A stretch of DNA of 64,000 nt from an uncultured bacterium (GTDB lineage: Bacteria > Acidobacteriota > Thermoanaerobaculia > Multivoradales > JAHEKO01). Positions 56,794-64,000 of this stretch are shown here, piece by piece. The stretch is from NCBI GenBank assembly GCA_905479655.1, contig CAJQNK010000121.1:14732-78731 (forward strand), given 5' to 3'. The number at the start of each line of letters is the position of its first letter. Position 1 is the first letter of the stretch. The notes under the pieces were generated by a model. The model saw nothing but the letters and a program-made list of their open reading frames with translations. It was not told the DNA's origin and ran no database searches. Both the position numbers and the translations under genes were made by a program.

Positions 56794-56889
56794 GCTCGTC
56801 GTCGTCTTTCTCCGTTTTCGGGGAATCGCGGCTCCCTCGTCCGTCCCCAGGGGTGAGCCCGACGATCCCTACGATGGAGGACGAGACCG

Positions 56890-57978
56890 ATGGAGACCCG
56901 AGGATCCAACCAGCAGCTCCGGCATGGACAGGAGGCCCGGTTCGAGAGGCGCCCCCGAACGAGCGAGCCGGAGGCCGCCGCCCTGTCGGCGGCCGACGAG
57001 TTCGTGGCCTACGCCCTCGGGTTCGACCGGGACCATCGCCGGGCCGGACGGACCGTGCCGGAGGCGCCGGAACGACGCGAGTTCGTCGACTCGTTCTGGA
57101 CTTTCGTGGAGCGGTTGGAGACGGCGGTGGGCGGCCGGCCGGCCTCGGCCCTGCCGGAGCTCCGCAGGGCCGTGGTCGAACGGGTCGGCCCGGTGCTCTT
57201 CCGCTCCCGGCCCATCGCGCGTTCGTACTGGAAGCCCCACGGCTACACCGGCGACTTCCGCACGATGGAGCTGATCTACGACCTCGAGGAGCGAGCGGGC
57301 CTGGATCCTACGCAGCCCGCCCTGGTCAACGGCCTCGACTTCTTCTACTCGACGCTGCACTCGGTGCGCGGCGTGTGGGAGCGGCGGTGGGCGTTCCGGG
57401 ACCTCCTGTCGCGGCGGCTGGAGGAGAGCGCAGGGCGAGCCGAAGGGGAGGGCGGCGGCCTCGCCGTGCTGGACGTGGCGTGCGGCGGCGCTCGCTATAT
57501 TCGGGACGTCGTGGCGTCGGAGCTCGACACGTCGCGGCTCGAGCTCCTGGCGATCGACCAGGACGCGGCGGCGATCGAGGCGCTGCGGCGCGGCCTCGCC
57601 AGCCTGGGCCCGCGGTTGCAGGCCGTCTCGATCCCGATCACGGCGCTCCCCGGCGCCGTCGGGGAGCGGACGTTCGACGTCGCCCTCTCGTCGGGTCTCT
57701 TCGACTACCTGGACGACGACTCGGCCCGGAGGTTGCTGGCCCTCATGGCGTCGCGCCTGCGCCCGGGCGGCACCCTGGCGATCACGAACTTCCACCCGGA
57801 CGACCCGTCCGCGTTCTGCAAGGACTGGCTCGGCGACTGGCAGCTCGTCTTCCGCCGGGAGGCCGAGGTCCGCGACCTGTTCCCCTCCGATCTCGAGGTG
57901 ACCACCCGACGCTCCGGGGACGGCTCCCTCGTGCTCGCGTTCGGGCGACGAGCGAGCGCCGTCGGAGGCGAGCGATGA
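56890..57978 (+). CDS. Class I SAM-dependent methyltransferase with a ~180-aa N-terminal extension
   Basis: Motif I 'VLDVACGGARY'. Post-I acidic 'LAIDQD'. Motif II 'FDVALSSGLFDYL'. ATGA overlap with the downstream desaturase gene. Confidence 0.65.
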   Translation: METRGSNQQLRHGQEARFERRPRTSEPEAAALSAADEFVAYALGFDRDHRRAGRTVPEAPERREFVDSFWTFVERLETAVGGRPASALPELRRAVVERVGPVLFRSRPIARSYWKPHGYTGDFRTMELIYDLEERAGLDPTQPALVNGLDFFYSTLHSVRGVWERRWAFRDLLSRRLEESAGRAEGEGGGLAVLDVACGGARYIRDVVASELDTSRLELLAIDQDAAAIEALRRGLASLGPRLQAVSIPITALPGAVGERTFDVALSSGLFDYLDDDSARRLLALMASRLRPGGTLAITNFHPDDPSAFCKDWLGDWQLVFRREAEVRDLFPSDLEVTTRRSGDGSLVLAFGRRASAVGGER

Positions 57979-58886
57979 GCACGGGGGTGAAGCGCCTCGA
58001 GGGGGCGACGCTGCGCTCCTGGCGGGTGACGGTCGGCGCCGTGGTGCTGGTACCGTTCCTCGGCTTCCTCGCGGCCGTCGTCCATCTCTGGGGCGAGGTT
58101 CTGCGGCCGGCGGACCTGCTCTCGTTCCTCGGCTTCTACCTCTTCACGGGCTTCGGCATCACCGTGGGCTACCACCGTCTGTTCACCCACCGGGGGTTCG
58201 TCGCGGTCGGACCGCTCCGCTGGTTGCTCGCGGTGGCGGGCTCCATGGCGGTGCAGGGACCGATCCTCCGGTGGGCCGCCGACCATCGACGCCACCACCG
58301 GCACAGCGACCAGCCCGGAGATCCCCACAGCCCCCACGTCGGCGAGGAGGACGACCTCCTCGGGCTCCTCCGGGGCTTCGCGTGGGCCCATCTCGGCTGG
58401 TTCTTCGACGCGGAGAAGAGCCGCGCGAGCGTCTACGCCCCGGACCTGCTGCGCGACCCTCTGGTCCGCCGGGTCGACCGGCTCTACCCGCTATGGATCG
58501 CCCTCTCCCTCGGCCTGCCGACGTGGGTCGGCTGGCTGGCGACCGGGAGCGCGGACGGGGCGTTGCGGGGTCTCCTCTTCGCGGGCTTCGCGCGGGTCTT
58601 CTTCGTGCAGCACGTCACGTGGAGCGTCAACTCGGTCTGTCATCTCTTCGGGAGCCGCGGGTACCGCACTCGGGACGAGAGCCGGAATCACCGCCCGATG
58701 GCGATCCTGGCGCTGGGCGAGGGCTGGCACAACAACCACCACGCCTTCCCGGGCTCGCCCCGGCACGGCCTCGACCGGGGGCAGTGGGACCCGTCCTGGT
58801 GGCTGATCCGTGGCCTGGAGAGGCTTGGCCTCGTGCGCGAGGTCAGGCTGCCGAGCCCTGCTGCACTGGAGGGTCGCCGCCGCTAG
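57975..58886 (+). CDS. Membrane acyl-CoA/acyl-lipid delta-9 desaturase (stearoyl-CoA desaturase family)
   Basis: Three His boxes 'HRLFTH', 'HRRHHRH', 'HNNHH'. Two pairs of TM helices. Confidence 0.85.
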   Translation: MSTGVKRLEGATLRSWRVTVGAVVLVPFLGFLAAVVHLWGEVLRPADLLSFLGFYLFTGFGITVGYHRLFTHRGFVAVGPLRWLLAVAGSMAVQGPILRWAADHRRHHRHSDQPGDPHSPHVGEEDDLLGLLRGFAWAHLGWFFDAEKSRASVYAPDLLRDPLVRRVDRLYPLWIALSLGLPTWVGWLATGSADGALRGLLFAGFARVFFVQHVTWSVNSVCHLFGSRGYRTRDESRNHRPMAILALGEGWHNNHHAFPGSPRHGLDRGQWDPSWWLIRGLERLGLVREVRLPSPAALEGRRR

Positions 58887-58903
58887 CCAGCGCGGCAGGA
58901 GGG

Positions 58904-59167
58904 CTACCCGCCGGCCGCCGGATCCTCGCTGAGCTGGTGGCTGTCCTCGGCCCCCAGGTCGAGGCCGTAGACCTCCTTGAGGCTGCGGATCTTCGCCAGG
59001 GAGTCGTCGCCGAAGGGGGCCTTGCCCTCGAAGGCGTGGAGGACGATGCCCTCCAGCAGGTCGCCCAGCGTGATGTCGTGGACCTCGGCCAGGGCCTTCA
59101 AGACCTTGAGGATGCGCTTCTCGATCCGCACCCCGGTCTGGACGCGCTCGACCCGCTTCGCGGTCAT
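58904..59167 (-). CDS. Small ribbon-helix-helix-like DNA-binding protein (hypothetical)
   Basis: 87-aa ORF 'MTAKRVERVQTGVRIEKRILKVLKALAEVHDITLGDLLEGIVLHAF' (beta-strand + two helices pattern). ATGA overlap with the upstream gene. Confidence 0.45.
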   Translation of the reverse strand: MTAKRVERVQTGVRIEKRILKVLKALAEVHDITLGDLLEGIVLHAFEGKAPFGDDSLAKIRSLKEVYGLDLGAEDSHQLSEDPAAGG

Positions 59168-59619
59168 GGGTTCACCCCCTGGCCCGCGACGGCGGTCTCC
59201 AGCGGTGGCGGCGGCGTCGCGGCGCGGTCCGGCAGCACGAACTCCCGGCGCGCCCGGTCGCTGGCCAGGAGCTCCGGGCTGTAGTGCAGACCGAGCAGGG
59301 CCGGGCCGTCGGTGAAGAGGTCCGGGTTGCGCCCGGCGAAGTCGGGCCACGCCTCGGCCTCGGGGTGGCGCCGGATCCGCTCGCGGACCAGGAGCACCCA
59401 GGCCCAGGTCAGCGTGGCGTGGTAGTGCTCGGGCGCCCCGGCTCGCCGGGCGAGCCCCTGGAGCCCGGCCTCGATCCGGGCGAGGACCTCCGGCAGGCCG
59501 TGCCGACGCAGGAGCAGCCAGGCGATGCGGACGTGCTCGCGGTGGTCGAAGAGAGCGGGGTCGAGGGTGTCGTCGGAGAACCCGGCGAGGAGGTCGTTGT
59601 CGCTGAGGCGAGGCGTCAT
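59164..59619 (-). CDS. Hypothetical protein; start probably at MTPRLS (GGGAG RBS) rather than 59643
   Basis: ORF with typical composition. No recognised motif. Forms a 2-gene operon with the RHH-like gene. Confidence 0.4.
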   Translation of the reverse strand: MTPRLSDNDLLAGFSDDTLDPALFDHREHVRIAWLLLRRHGLPEVLARIEAGLQGLARRAGAPEHYHATLTWAWVLLVRERIRRHPEAEAWPDFAGRNPDLFTDGPALLGLHYSPELLASDRARREFVLPDRAATPPPPLETAVAGQGVNP

Positions 59620-59645
59620 GGTCAGGCTCCCGGTGTCCGTCATTA

Positions 59646-59667
59646 GTTATCTATGTACCAAGATAAC
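59646..59667. promoter_or_regulatory. AT-rich palindromic operator candidate GTTATCT-N8-AGATAAC in front of the minus-strand two-gene operon
   Basis: Perfect 7-bp inverted repeat in a locally AT-rich patch (rare in this genome), 25-50 bp upstream of the likely start codon. Confidence 0.4.
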
Positions 59668-59792
59668 ACACCTGCGGCAAGAGGCCCGGCCACCGAGGCC
59701 GACGTCCATCCGGTCCATCCCGTCCATCTCCGTCCAGCTCGACCCGACCCCTCCACGCCGCCCACGGGCCGGCGCTCGCCCCGGAGGGGGCT

Positions 59793-59843
59793 CGGGAGGC
59801 CGGCTTTGCTCGGCGGCTGACGAGCGTCGCTCAGCCGGCCTCC
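59793..59843. other. Long GC hairpin (12-bp perfect stem GGGAGGCCGGCT/AGCCGGCCTCCC with a nested 5-bp stem) in the 450-bp leader upstream of the SIR2-NACHT gene
   Basis: Seen directly. No adjacent U-tract, so not a canonical intrinsic terminator. Confidence 0.4.
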
Positions 59844-60089
59844 CGATCCCCTGGGGCGGGGGGGCGTGTTGGTTTCGGGGTTGTGCATCGGGAGGGGCTC
59901 CCCGGGTGTCGTCCTGAGTGGAGGCCCGTGAGGGCCGGAGTCGAAGGACCCCGTGCCAGGGTGGCTGGAAAGGGGTGTGGTGTTGGGCGCAGCGGCGTGA
60001 CGGGTCTCGGACCGCGCGGGCTCGACCCGGGACCGGTATCATCAACCGGCGCCCCCAGGCCGGCTCTCCGGAGCCGATCTTTCTCGACG

Positions 60090-63000
60090 ATGACTGCCGA
60101 CGCCCACGCCCGGTTGCGAGACGCCGTCCGCGAAGGACTGGCGGTGGTCGTCGTGGGCTCGGGGATCACCTTCGGGGCGACGAGGGCCGCCACCGCGCGC
60201 TGGGACGGGCTGCTGGAGGACGGAATCGCCTGGTGTGATAAGCGGGTGCCGGGGCTGCCCGACGGCTGGGCCGAGGTTCAGGGCAGGGTCCTCGCGCTGG
60301 GGCGCGGCGGCGACCTGGACTCCCTCCTCTCGGTCGCCGAGACCGTGCGCACGAAGCTCGAGGCGAAGTCTGCGGAGTTCGACCGGAAGGACGCTGACGA
60401 CCTACCGTTCTTCAAATGGCTCGAGGCCGCGGTGGGCCGATTTCGCTACGCCAACCTCCAGGCCGAACGCCGGGGCGCCTTGGACGCCCTGGCCGGGCTT
60501 CCCTGCCCGCTTTCCACCACCAACTACGACGGCCTGCTCCGTCAGGCCACCGGCCGCCCCGTCCTGACCTGGCGCCACCCCCAGGCGTCCAACGAGGCCG
60601 TTCGACTCCTCCGGGAGCCGCAGAGTGCCGTGCTCCATCTCCACGGCCACTGGCGGGATCCGGGCTCCGTCGTCCTCGGGATCCGGGACTACCAGGAGCT
60701 GCGCGATCACCGGAAGATGCAGGCCTTCCAACAGGCCGCCGGAGCTACCCGGTCGTTCGTCTTCGTCGGCTGTGGCGGCACGGTCCACGACTCGAACCTG
60801 GGTGCGCTGTTGCGCTGGCTGCGCGACCACTTCTCCCAGGGGAGGCACTACCTGGTGGTCACAGACGGCGACCTGGACGACACGCCGGAGCGGCCGAGTC
60901 TCTACCGGGAGCTCTTCGACTCCGTCCTCGAGCCGGTCTCGTGTGGGCCCTCCTGGAGTGAGCTCCCGGGCTTTCTCGAGGGCCTGGCTCCGGGGCCGGG
61001 ACCCACAGCGGAGGGCGCCCCGCCGCCGCCCGACTTCCCTCCTGCCGTGGCGGCCTACCGCGCCTGGGCGCAGACCCGGCACGCGACGCTCTACATGGTG
61101 GGCGTCGGCGCCGGCGACCTCGAGCTCCGCCTGGACGAGGTCTACGTGCCGCTGCGCCTGGCGGCGGGACCGCGGGGATTCCATCGGGGTCTCGCGGGCA
61201 AGAGCGGGGTCGAGGAGGCAGGGCCGGGCGAACCCGCCCACGGCCTTCCCGGCGCCGAGGCGGAGGAGCTCGGCCTCGTGGGCGACGGCGACCTGCGGTT
61301 GGAGCGCATCCTGCGCATCGCCGAGGCGCAGGGGGGCCGCCACGCCGTGATCCTTGGTGATCCGGGGACCGGCAAGACGACCGCGCTACGCAAGCTCCAT
61401 CGGGTCTGCTGCGCGCCGGGGGAGGGGCCGCGGCTCGGCCTCGGCCTGCCGGAAGAGACCCTGCCGGTCCTCCTTCGGCTGCGCGCCGTGGAACCCTCCG
61501 ACCTGGCCGAGGGCCTCGAGAGGGTCATCGGTCGGGAGCTGAAGGGGCAGTCCGAAGACGAGGGCTTCGCCGCCGCCGGACCGGCCCTCTGGGAGCACGG
61601 AAGCGTCCTCCTGCTCCTCGACGGGCTCGACGAGATCCCCGCCGCCGGCCACCGGCGGGCCGTCTGCCGCTGGCTCGAGCGGGAGCTGGCCGCGGCGCCC
61701 GCGGGTGTTCGCGCGGTGGTCACCACCCGCCGCTCCGGCTGGGACGGTCTGCCCTCCGAGCGCGATCCCCGGCCGGTGGCGGAGCGGGTGGTGCTCGACC
61801 CCGGGGTCTTCCAGGCGTTCGACGTCCGGCCCCTGGACCTGCCGCAAATCGCCGCCCTGGCCGGCAAGTGGTTCGACGCCGCCATCGCCGCGGGCGCGGG
61901 CTCGGCGGCGAGCCTCGCCGAGGCCCGGGACCACCTGCTGAAGGCCCTGAGGGCTTCGACCTACGCCGGCCACCGCTGGCGCGAGATGGTGTCGAACCCG
62001 CTGTTGCTGACCCTGCTGTGCGTGATCAGCGTTCGCGGCAAGGTCCTGCCCCGGGAGCGCACCGAGTTCTACGACGAGTGCCTGACGATGCTCCTGGGGA
62101 GCTGGGTCGAGCGGGAGCACGGCGAGACCCCCCCGATCTCCCCGGTCGACGCCCTGGAGCTCCTCCGTCCGGTGGCGTGGCGGCTCCACGAGGACTCGGC
62201 GCAGAACGAGATCCACGAAGCCGAGCTCGTGGACCATCTCCAGGAGGGGCTCGAGGCCCGGCGCCGCGACGTGGACCCCTTCGAGCTGGCTGACTGGCTG
62301 CACCACCGCGCCGGCGTCCTCACGAGCTTCGGCCCGCACCGGCTCGGCTTCTTCCACCTGGGCGTGCAGGAGTACCTGGCCGCCCTGCACGCGGCCGTGG
62401 AAGGGGAGGGGCTCCTCCGCCGCCTGGCCGCGGCGGCGCTCTCCCCGGACACGGGCGAGCGCTGGGACCAGGTCGTCCGCCTGGCCGCCGGTCTTCCCCA
62501 CGGCCAGGGGGCCTTTGTACCCCTGGCCGAGGCCCTGATCGCCGGTGGCGGCCTGCTCTCCCGTCCGCGACTGATGGAGGAGCTGCTGGACGAGGCCCGC
62601 CAGATGGATGTCGGCCCCTTCCTCCCCAAGCTGGAGCCCGGGGCCGAGGTGAGCGAGGAGGAGCGGGCCGCCGCGCTACGCCTGCTGCTGCGGGTGCCGC
62701 GGGACGAGCGGCTCCTCGCGGTCGCCGAGGCCCTCCGGGACCGGCCCGGCGACGTCGGCTCCCTGGCCCGCCAGCTCCTGGAGAACGCCCGCCGGGTCTC
62801 CGAGGGAGTACCCGGGGTCCGGCGGCCCGTGTTCCTGGTCGTCGGGCCGGCCGCCGAGAGGGCGGGCGGCGAGCTGGTCGACCGGTTGGAGGCGCGGGGC
62901 CGGGCCGTCAATCCCGTCCCGACCGCCCGCTGGGAGCACCGCATGAAGGAGATTGAGGAGGCGGGCGCCCTGGCCTTCCTCGGTGGCCCGATGGACCCGC

Positions 63001-64000
63001 CGTGGGCCGAGGCGGGCATCGCCGGCCTGGTCCGCATCGCCCGCAGGCGAGAGCTGCCTGTCCTGGCTCTGCTCTTGGGAGGCGAGGGGCTCCATGGCTG
63101 GCCCGAAGGCCTCGAGCCTCCCGTCGCGGTAGGCCTGCCCGAGGATCTGCAGCCCGGAGCCAGTGGTTCCGACGAGGCCCTGGGAGAGATCGAGGCGGCT
63201 TTGCGCGAGGGCGGGTCGCTCGGGAAGAGCCGCGGCGTCCGTCTGGAAGGCACGCCGGTTAGTCTTCGCCTCGAAGGGCAGCCAGCGGTCGTGGAGGCCG
63301 GCGGGGGCCCTGCCATCGTGGACGCCGCCCACCCGCCGACGCCCGGCGAGAGCTTCACCGAGCCCCTCACCGGCCTCCGCTTCCTCTGGGTCCCCGGCGG
63401 CCGGTTCGAGATGGGAGCCGAGGACATCCGCGACGAAGAGCGGCCGGTTCACCCCGTCCGCGTCTCCCCCTTCTGGTTGGCTGAAACGGCGGTGACCAAT
63501 GCCCAGTACCGGCGGTTCCTGGAGGCGTGGGAGGACGACGACCGGCCCGAGGAGCCGAGGTTCTGGCGCGACCGGCGCTTCTCGGACGAGGCCCAGCCCG
63601 TGGTGGGCGTCTCGTGGCACGACGCCGAGAGGTTCTGCGCCTGGCTCCGGGAGGCCGGAGGCCTCGAGGCGTCGCTGCCGAGCGAGGCGCTGTGGGAGTT
63701 CGCGGCCCGGGGAGAGGATGGCCGGCCGTATCCGTGGGGGAAGGAGCTGCCGTCGGAGCGCCGCGCACGATATGGGCAGGAGTTCCAGAGCGGGAGCCCG
63801 GCCGCGGTGGGGAGCTATCCGGACGGCGCCGGGCCGTTCGGCCACCTGGACCTGGCGGGGAACGTCTGGGAGTGGTGCCTCGACGTTTGGGACCCCAAGG
63901 CATACGAGAAGCGTGCGCCGTCCGGCGAGGCCCTCGACCCGGTCGTCGAGGAGGGGGACGAGGGCAGGCGGGGGCTCCGGGGCGGCGGCTGGAGCTACTC
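60090..64000 (+). CDS. STAND NTPase: N-terminal SIR2-like domain + NACHT NTPase + C-terminal FGE-sulfatase (SUMF1/DUF323-like) domain; 3' end lies outside the window
   Basis: Frame 0 is open from 60090 to the window end (the ORF track lists no stop in this frame). SIR2_2-like 'VVVVGSGITFGA', 'LSTTNYDGLL', 'VLHLHGHW'. NACHT Walker A 'ILGDPGTGKTT' and Walker B 'LLLLDGLDE'. FGE domain 'FEMGAEDIRDEERPVHPVRVSPFWLAETAVTNAQYRRF', 'PVVGVSWHDAERFCAWL', 'LPSEALWEFAARG'. Confidence 0.8.
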   Translation, partial: MTADAHARLRDAVREGLAVVVVGSGITFGATRAATARWDGLLEDGIAWCDKRVPGLPDGWAEVQGRVLALGRGGDLDSLLSVAETVRTKLEAKSAEFDRKDADDLPFFKWLEAAVGRFRYANLQAERRGALDALAGLPCPLSTTNYDGLLRQATGRPVLTWRHPQASNEAVRLLREPQSAVLHLHGHWRDPGSVVLGIRDYQELRDHRKMQAFQQAAGATRSFVFVGCGGTVHDSNLGALLRWLRDHFSQGRHYLVVTDGDLDDTPERPSLYRELFDSVLEPVSCGPSWSELPGFLEGLAPGPGPTAEGAPPPPDFPPAVAAYRAWAQTRHATLYMVGVGAGDLELRLDEVYVPLRLAAGPRGFHRGLAGKSGVEEAGPGEPAHGLPGAEAEELGLVGDGDLRLERILRIAEAQGGRHAVILGDPGTGKTTALRKLHRVCCAPGEGPRLGLGLPEETLPVLLRLRAVEPSDLAEGLERVIGRELKGQSEDEGFAAAGPALWEHGSVLLLLDGLDEIPAAGHRRAVCRWLERELAAAPAGVRAVVTTRRSGWDGLPSERDPRPVAERVVLDPGVFQAFDVRPLDLPQIAALAGKWFDAAIAAGAGSAASLAEARDHLLKALRASTYAGHRWREMVSNPLLLTLLCVISVRGKVLPRERTEFYDECLTMLLGSWVEREHGETPPISPVDALELLRPVAWRLHEDSAQNEIHEAELVDHLQEGLEARRRDVDPFELADWLHHRAGVLTSFGPHRLGFFHLGVQEYLAALHAAVEGEGLLRRLAAAALSPDTGERWDQVVRLAAGLPHGQGAFVPLAEALIAGGGLLSRPRLMEELLDEARQMDVGPFLPKLEPGAEVSEEERAAALRLLLRVPRDERLLAVAEALRDRPGDVGSLARQLLENARRVSEGVPGVRRPVFLVVGPAAERAGGELVDRLEARGRAVNPVPTARWEHRMKEIEEAGALAFLGGPMDPPWAEAGIAGLVRIARRRELPVLALLLGGEGLHGWPEGLEPPVAVGLPEDLQPGASGSDEALGEIEAALREGGSLGKSRGVRLEGTPVSLRLEGQPAVVEAGGGPAIVDAAHPPTPGESFTEPLTGLRFLWVPGGRFEMGAEDIRDEERPVHPVRVSPFWLAETAVTNAQYRRFLEAWEDDDRPEEPRFWRDRRFSDEAQPVVGVSWHDAERFCAWLREAGGLEASLPSEALWEFAARGEDGRPYPWGKELPSERRARYGQEFQSGSPAAVGSYPDGAGPFGHLDLAGNVWEWCLDVWDPKAYEKRAPSGEALDPVVEEGDEGRRGLRGGGWSY

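Noticed and set aside
59793-59843. Calling the large hairpin an intrinsic terminator
   Set aside because: No U-rich tract follows on either strand, so it is recorded only as a structured element.
17299-64000. Other long shadow ORFs (e.g. 18346..20901 +, 20972..23632 -, 24582..26267 +, 24757..26505 -, 27758..29830 -, 28099..30852 +, 31697..35413 +, 35058..36662 +, 37583..39544 +, 39625..42141 +, 42220..43824 -, 46060..47349 -, 46671..49553 +, 49385..51247 -, 51251..54523 +, 52347..54341 -, 55342..56730 -, 56869..57795 -, 61386..62501 -, 62069..63427 -, 62676..63845 -)
   Set aside because: Same reasoning. They mirror confidently called genes, lack motifs and have extreme Arg/Pro/Gly content.
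1-64000. CRISPR arrays, tRNA or rRNA genes
   Set aside because: No short regularly spaced direct repeats, no cloverleaf-like conserved tRNA features, and no rRNA-like conserved blocks were noticed in any intergenic region.

Overview
This is 64 kb of very GC-rich (about 70%) bacterial chromosome, from a Gram-negative organism with FadL-type and TonB-dependent outer-membrane proteins, Tat signals and TIGR02999-type ECF sigma factors. It could be Acidobacteriota, Gemmatimonadota or Myxococcota, but that is a guess. I support about 45 features by reading the six-frame translations for motifs; no database search was possible. In window order they are: a partial BNR/sortilin-like beta-propeller gene; a PQQ-propeller-esterase fusion; an M23 peptidase; a lipoprotein PAP2/vanadium-haloperoxidase-like gene; and a chorismate-lyase-like plus PaaK-like adenylating-enzyme pair. 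A lower-GC mosaic island (about 9.1-17.4 kb) carries a HigB/HigA-like toxin-antitoxin cassette, an acyl-CoA oxidase, secreted hypotheticals and an HTH/TPR regulator pair. Then come a SWIM-SNF2 helicase, a cyclophilin, and a glycosyltransferase/sulfatase-like cluster. The most interesting stretch is a 14-kb co-directional locus at 27.8-42.1 kb. It encodes three consecutive signal-peptide caspase-domain proteins: a HEAT-repeat pseudocaspase, a canonical caspase, and a caspase-subtilisin fusion. Upstream of these sit a Tat-secreted vanadium-haloperoxidase-like protein and two paralogous STAND/AAA ATPases, one fused to a Ser/Thr kinase and one to a membrane-anchored TPR sensor. I propose this as an undescribed regulated secreted-protease module. 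After it come a FadL-like porin coupled to an ECF sigma factor, an ECF-sigma/FecR/TonB-receptor signalling unit, a second sortilin-like paralog, a TetR/thioesterase pair and a methyltransferase/delta-9-desaturase pair. The window ends in a partial, more than 1300-aa SIR2-NACHT-FGE (sulfatase-modifying-factor-like) STAND protein that looks like an NLR-type defence or cell-death gene. I also found a 183-bp MITE-like element with 19-bp terminal inverted repeats. It is present as two inverted full copies (13.4 kb and 27.6 kb) plus nested fragments, bracketing the low-GC island and the glycosyltransferase cluster. No rRNA, tRNA or CRISPR array was seen. Most long ORFs on opposite strands or frames of the called genes are high-GC artefacts.
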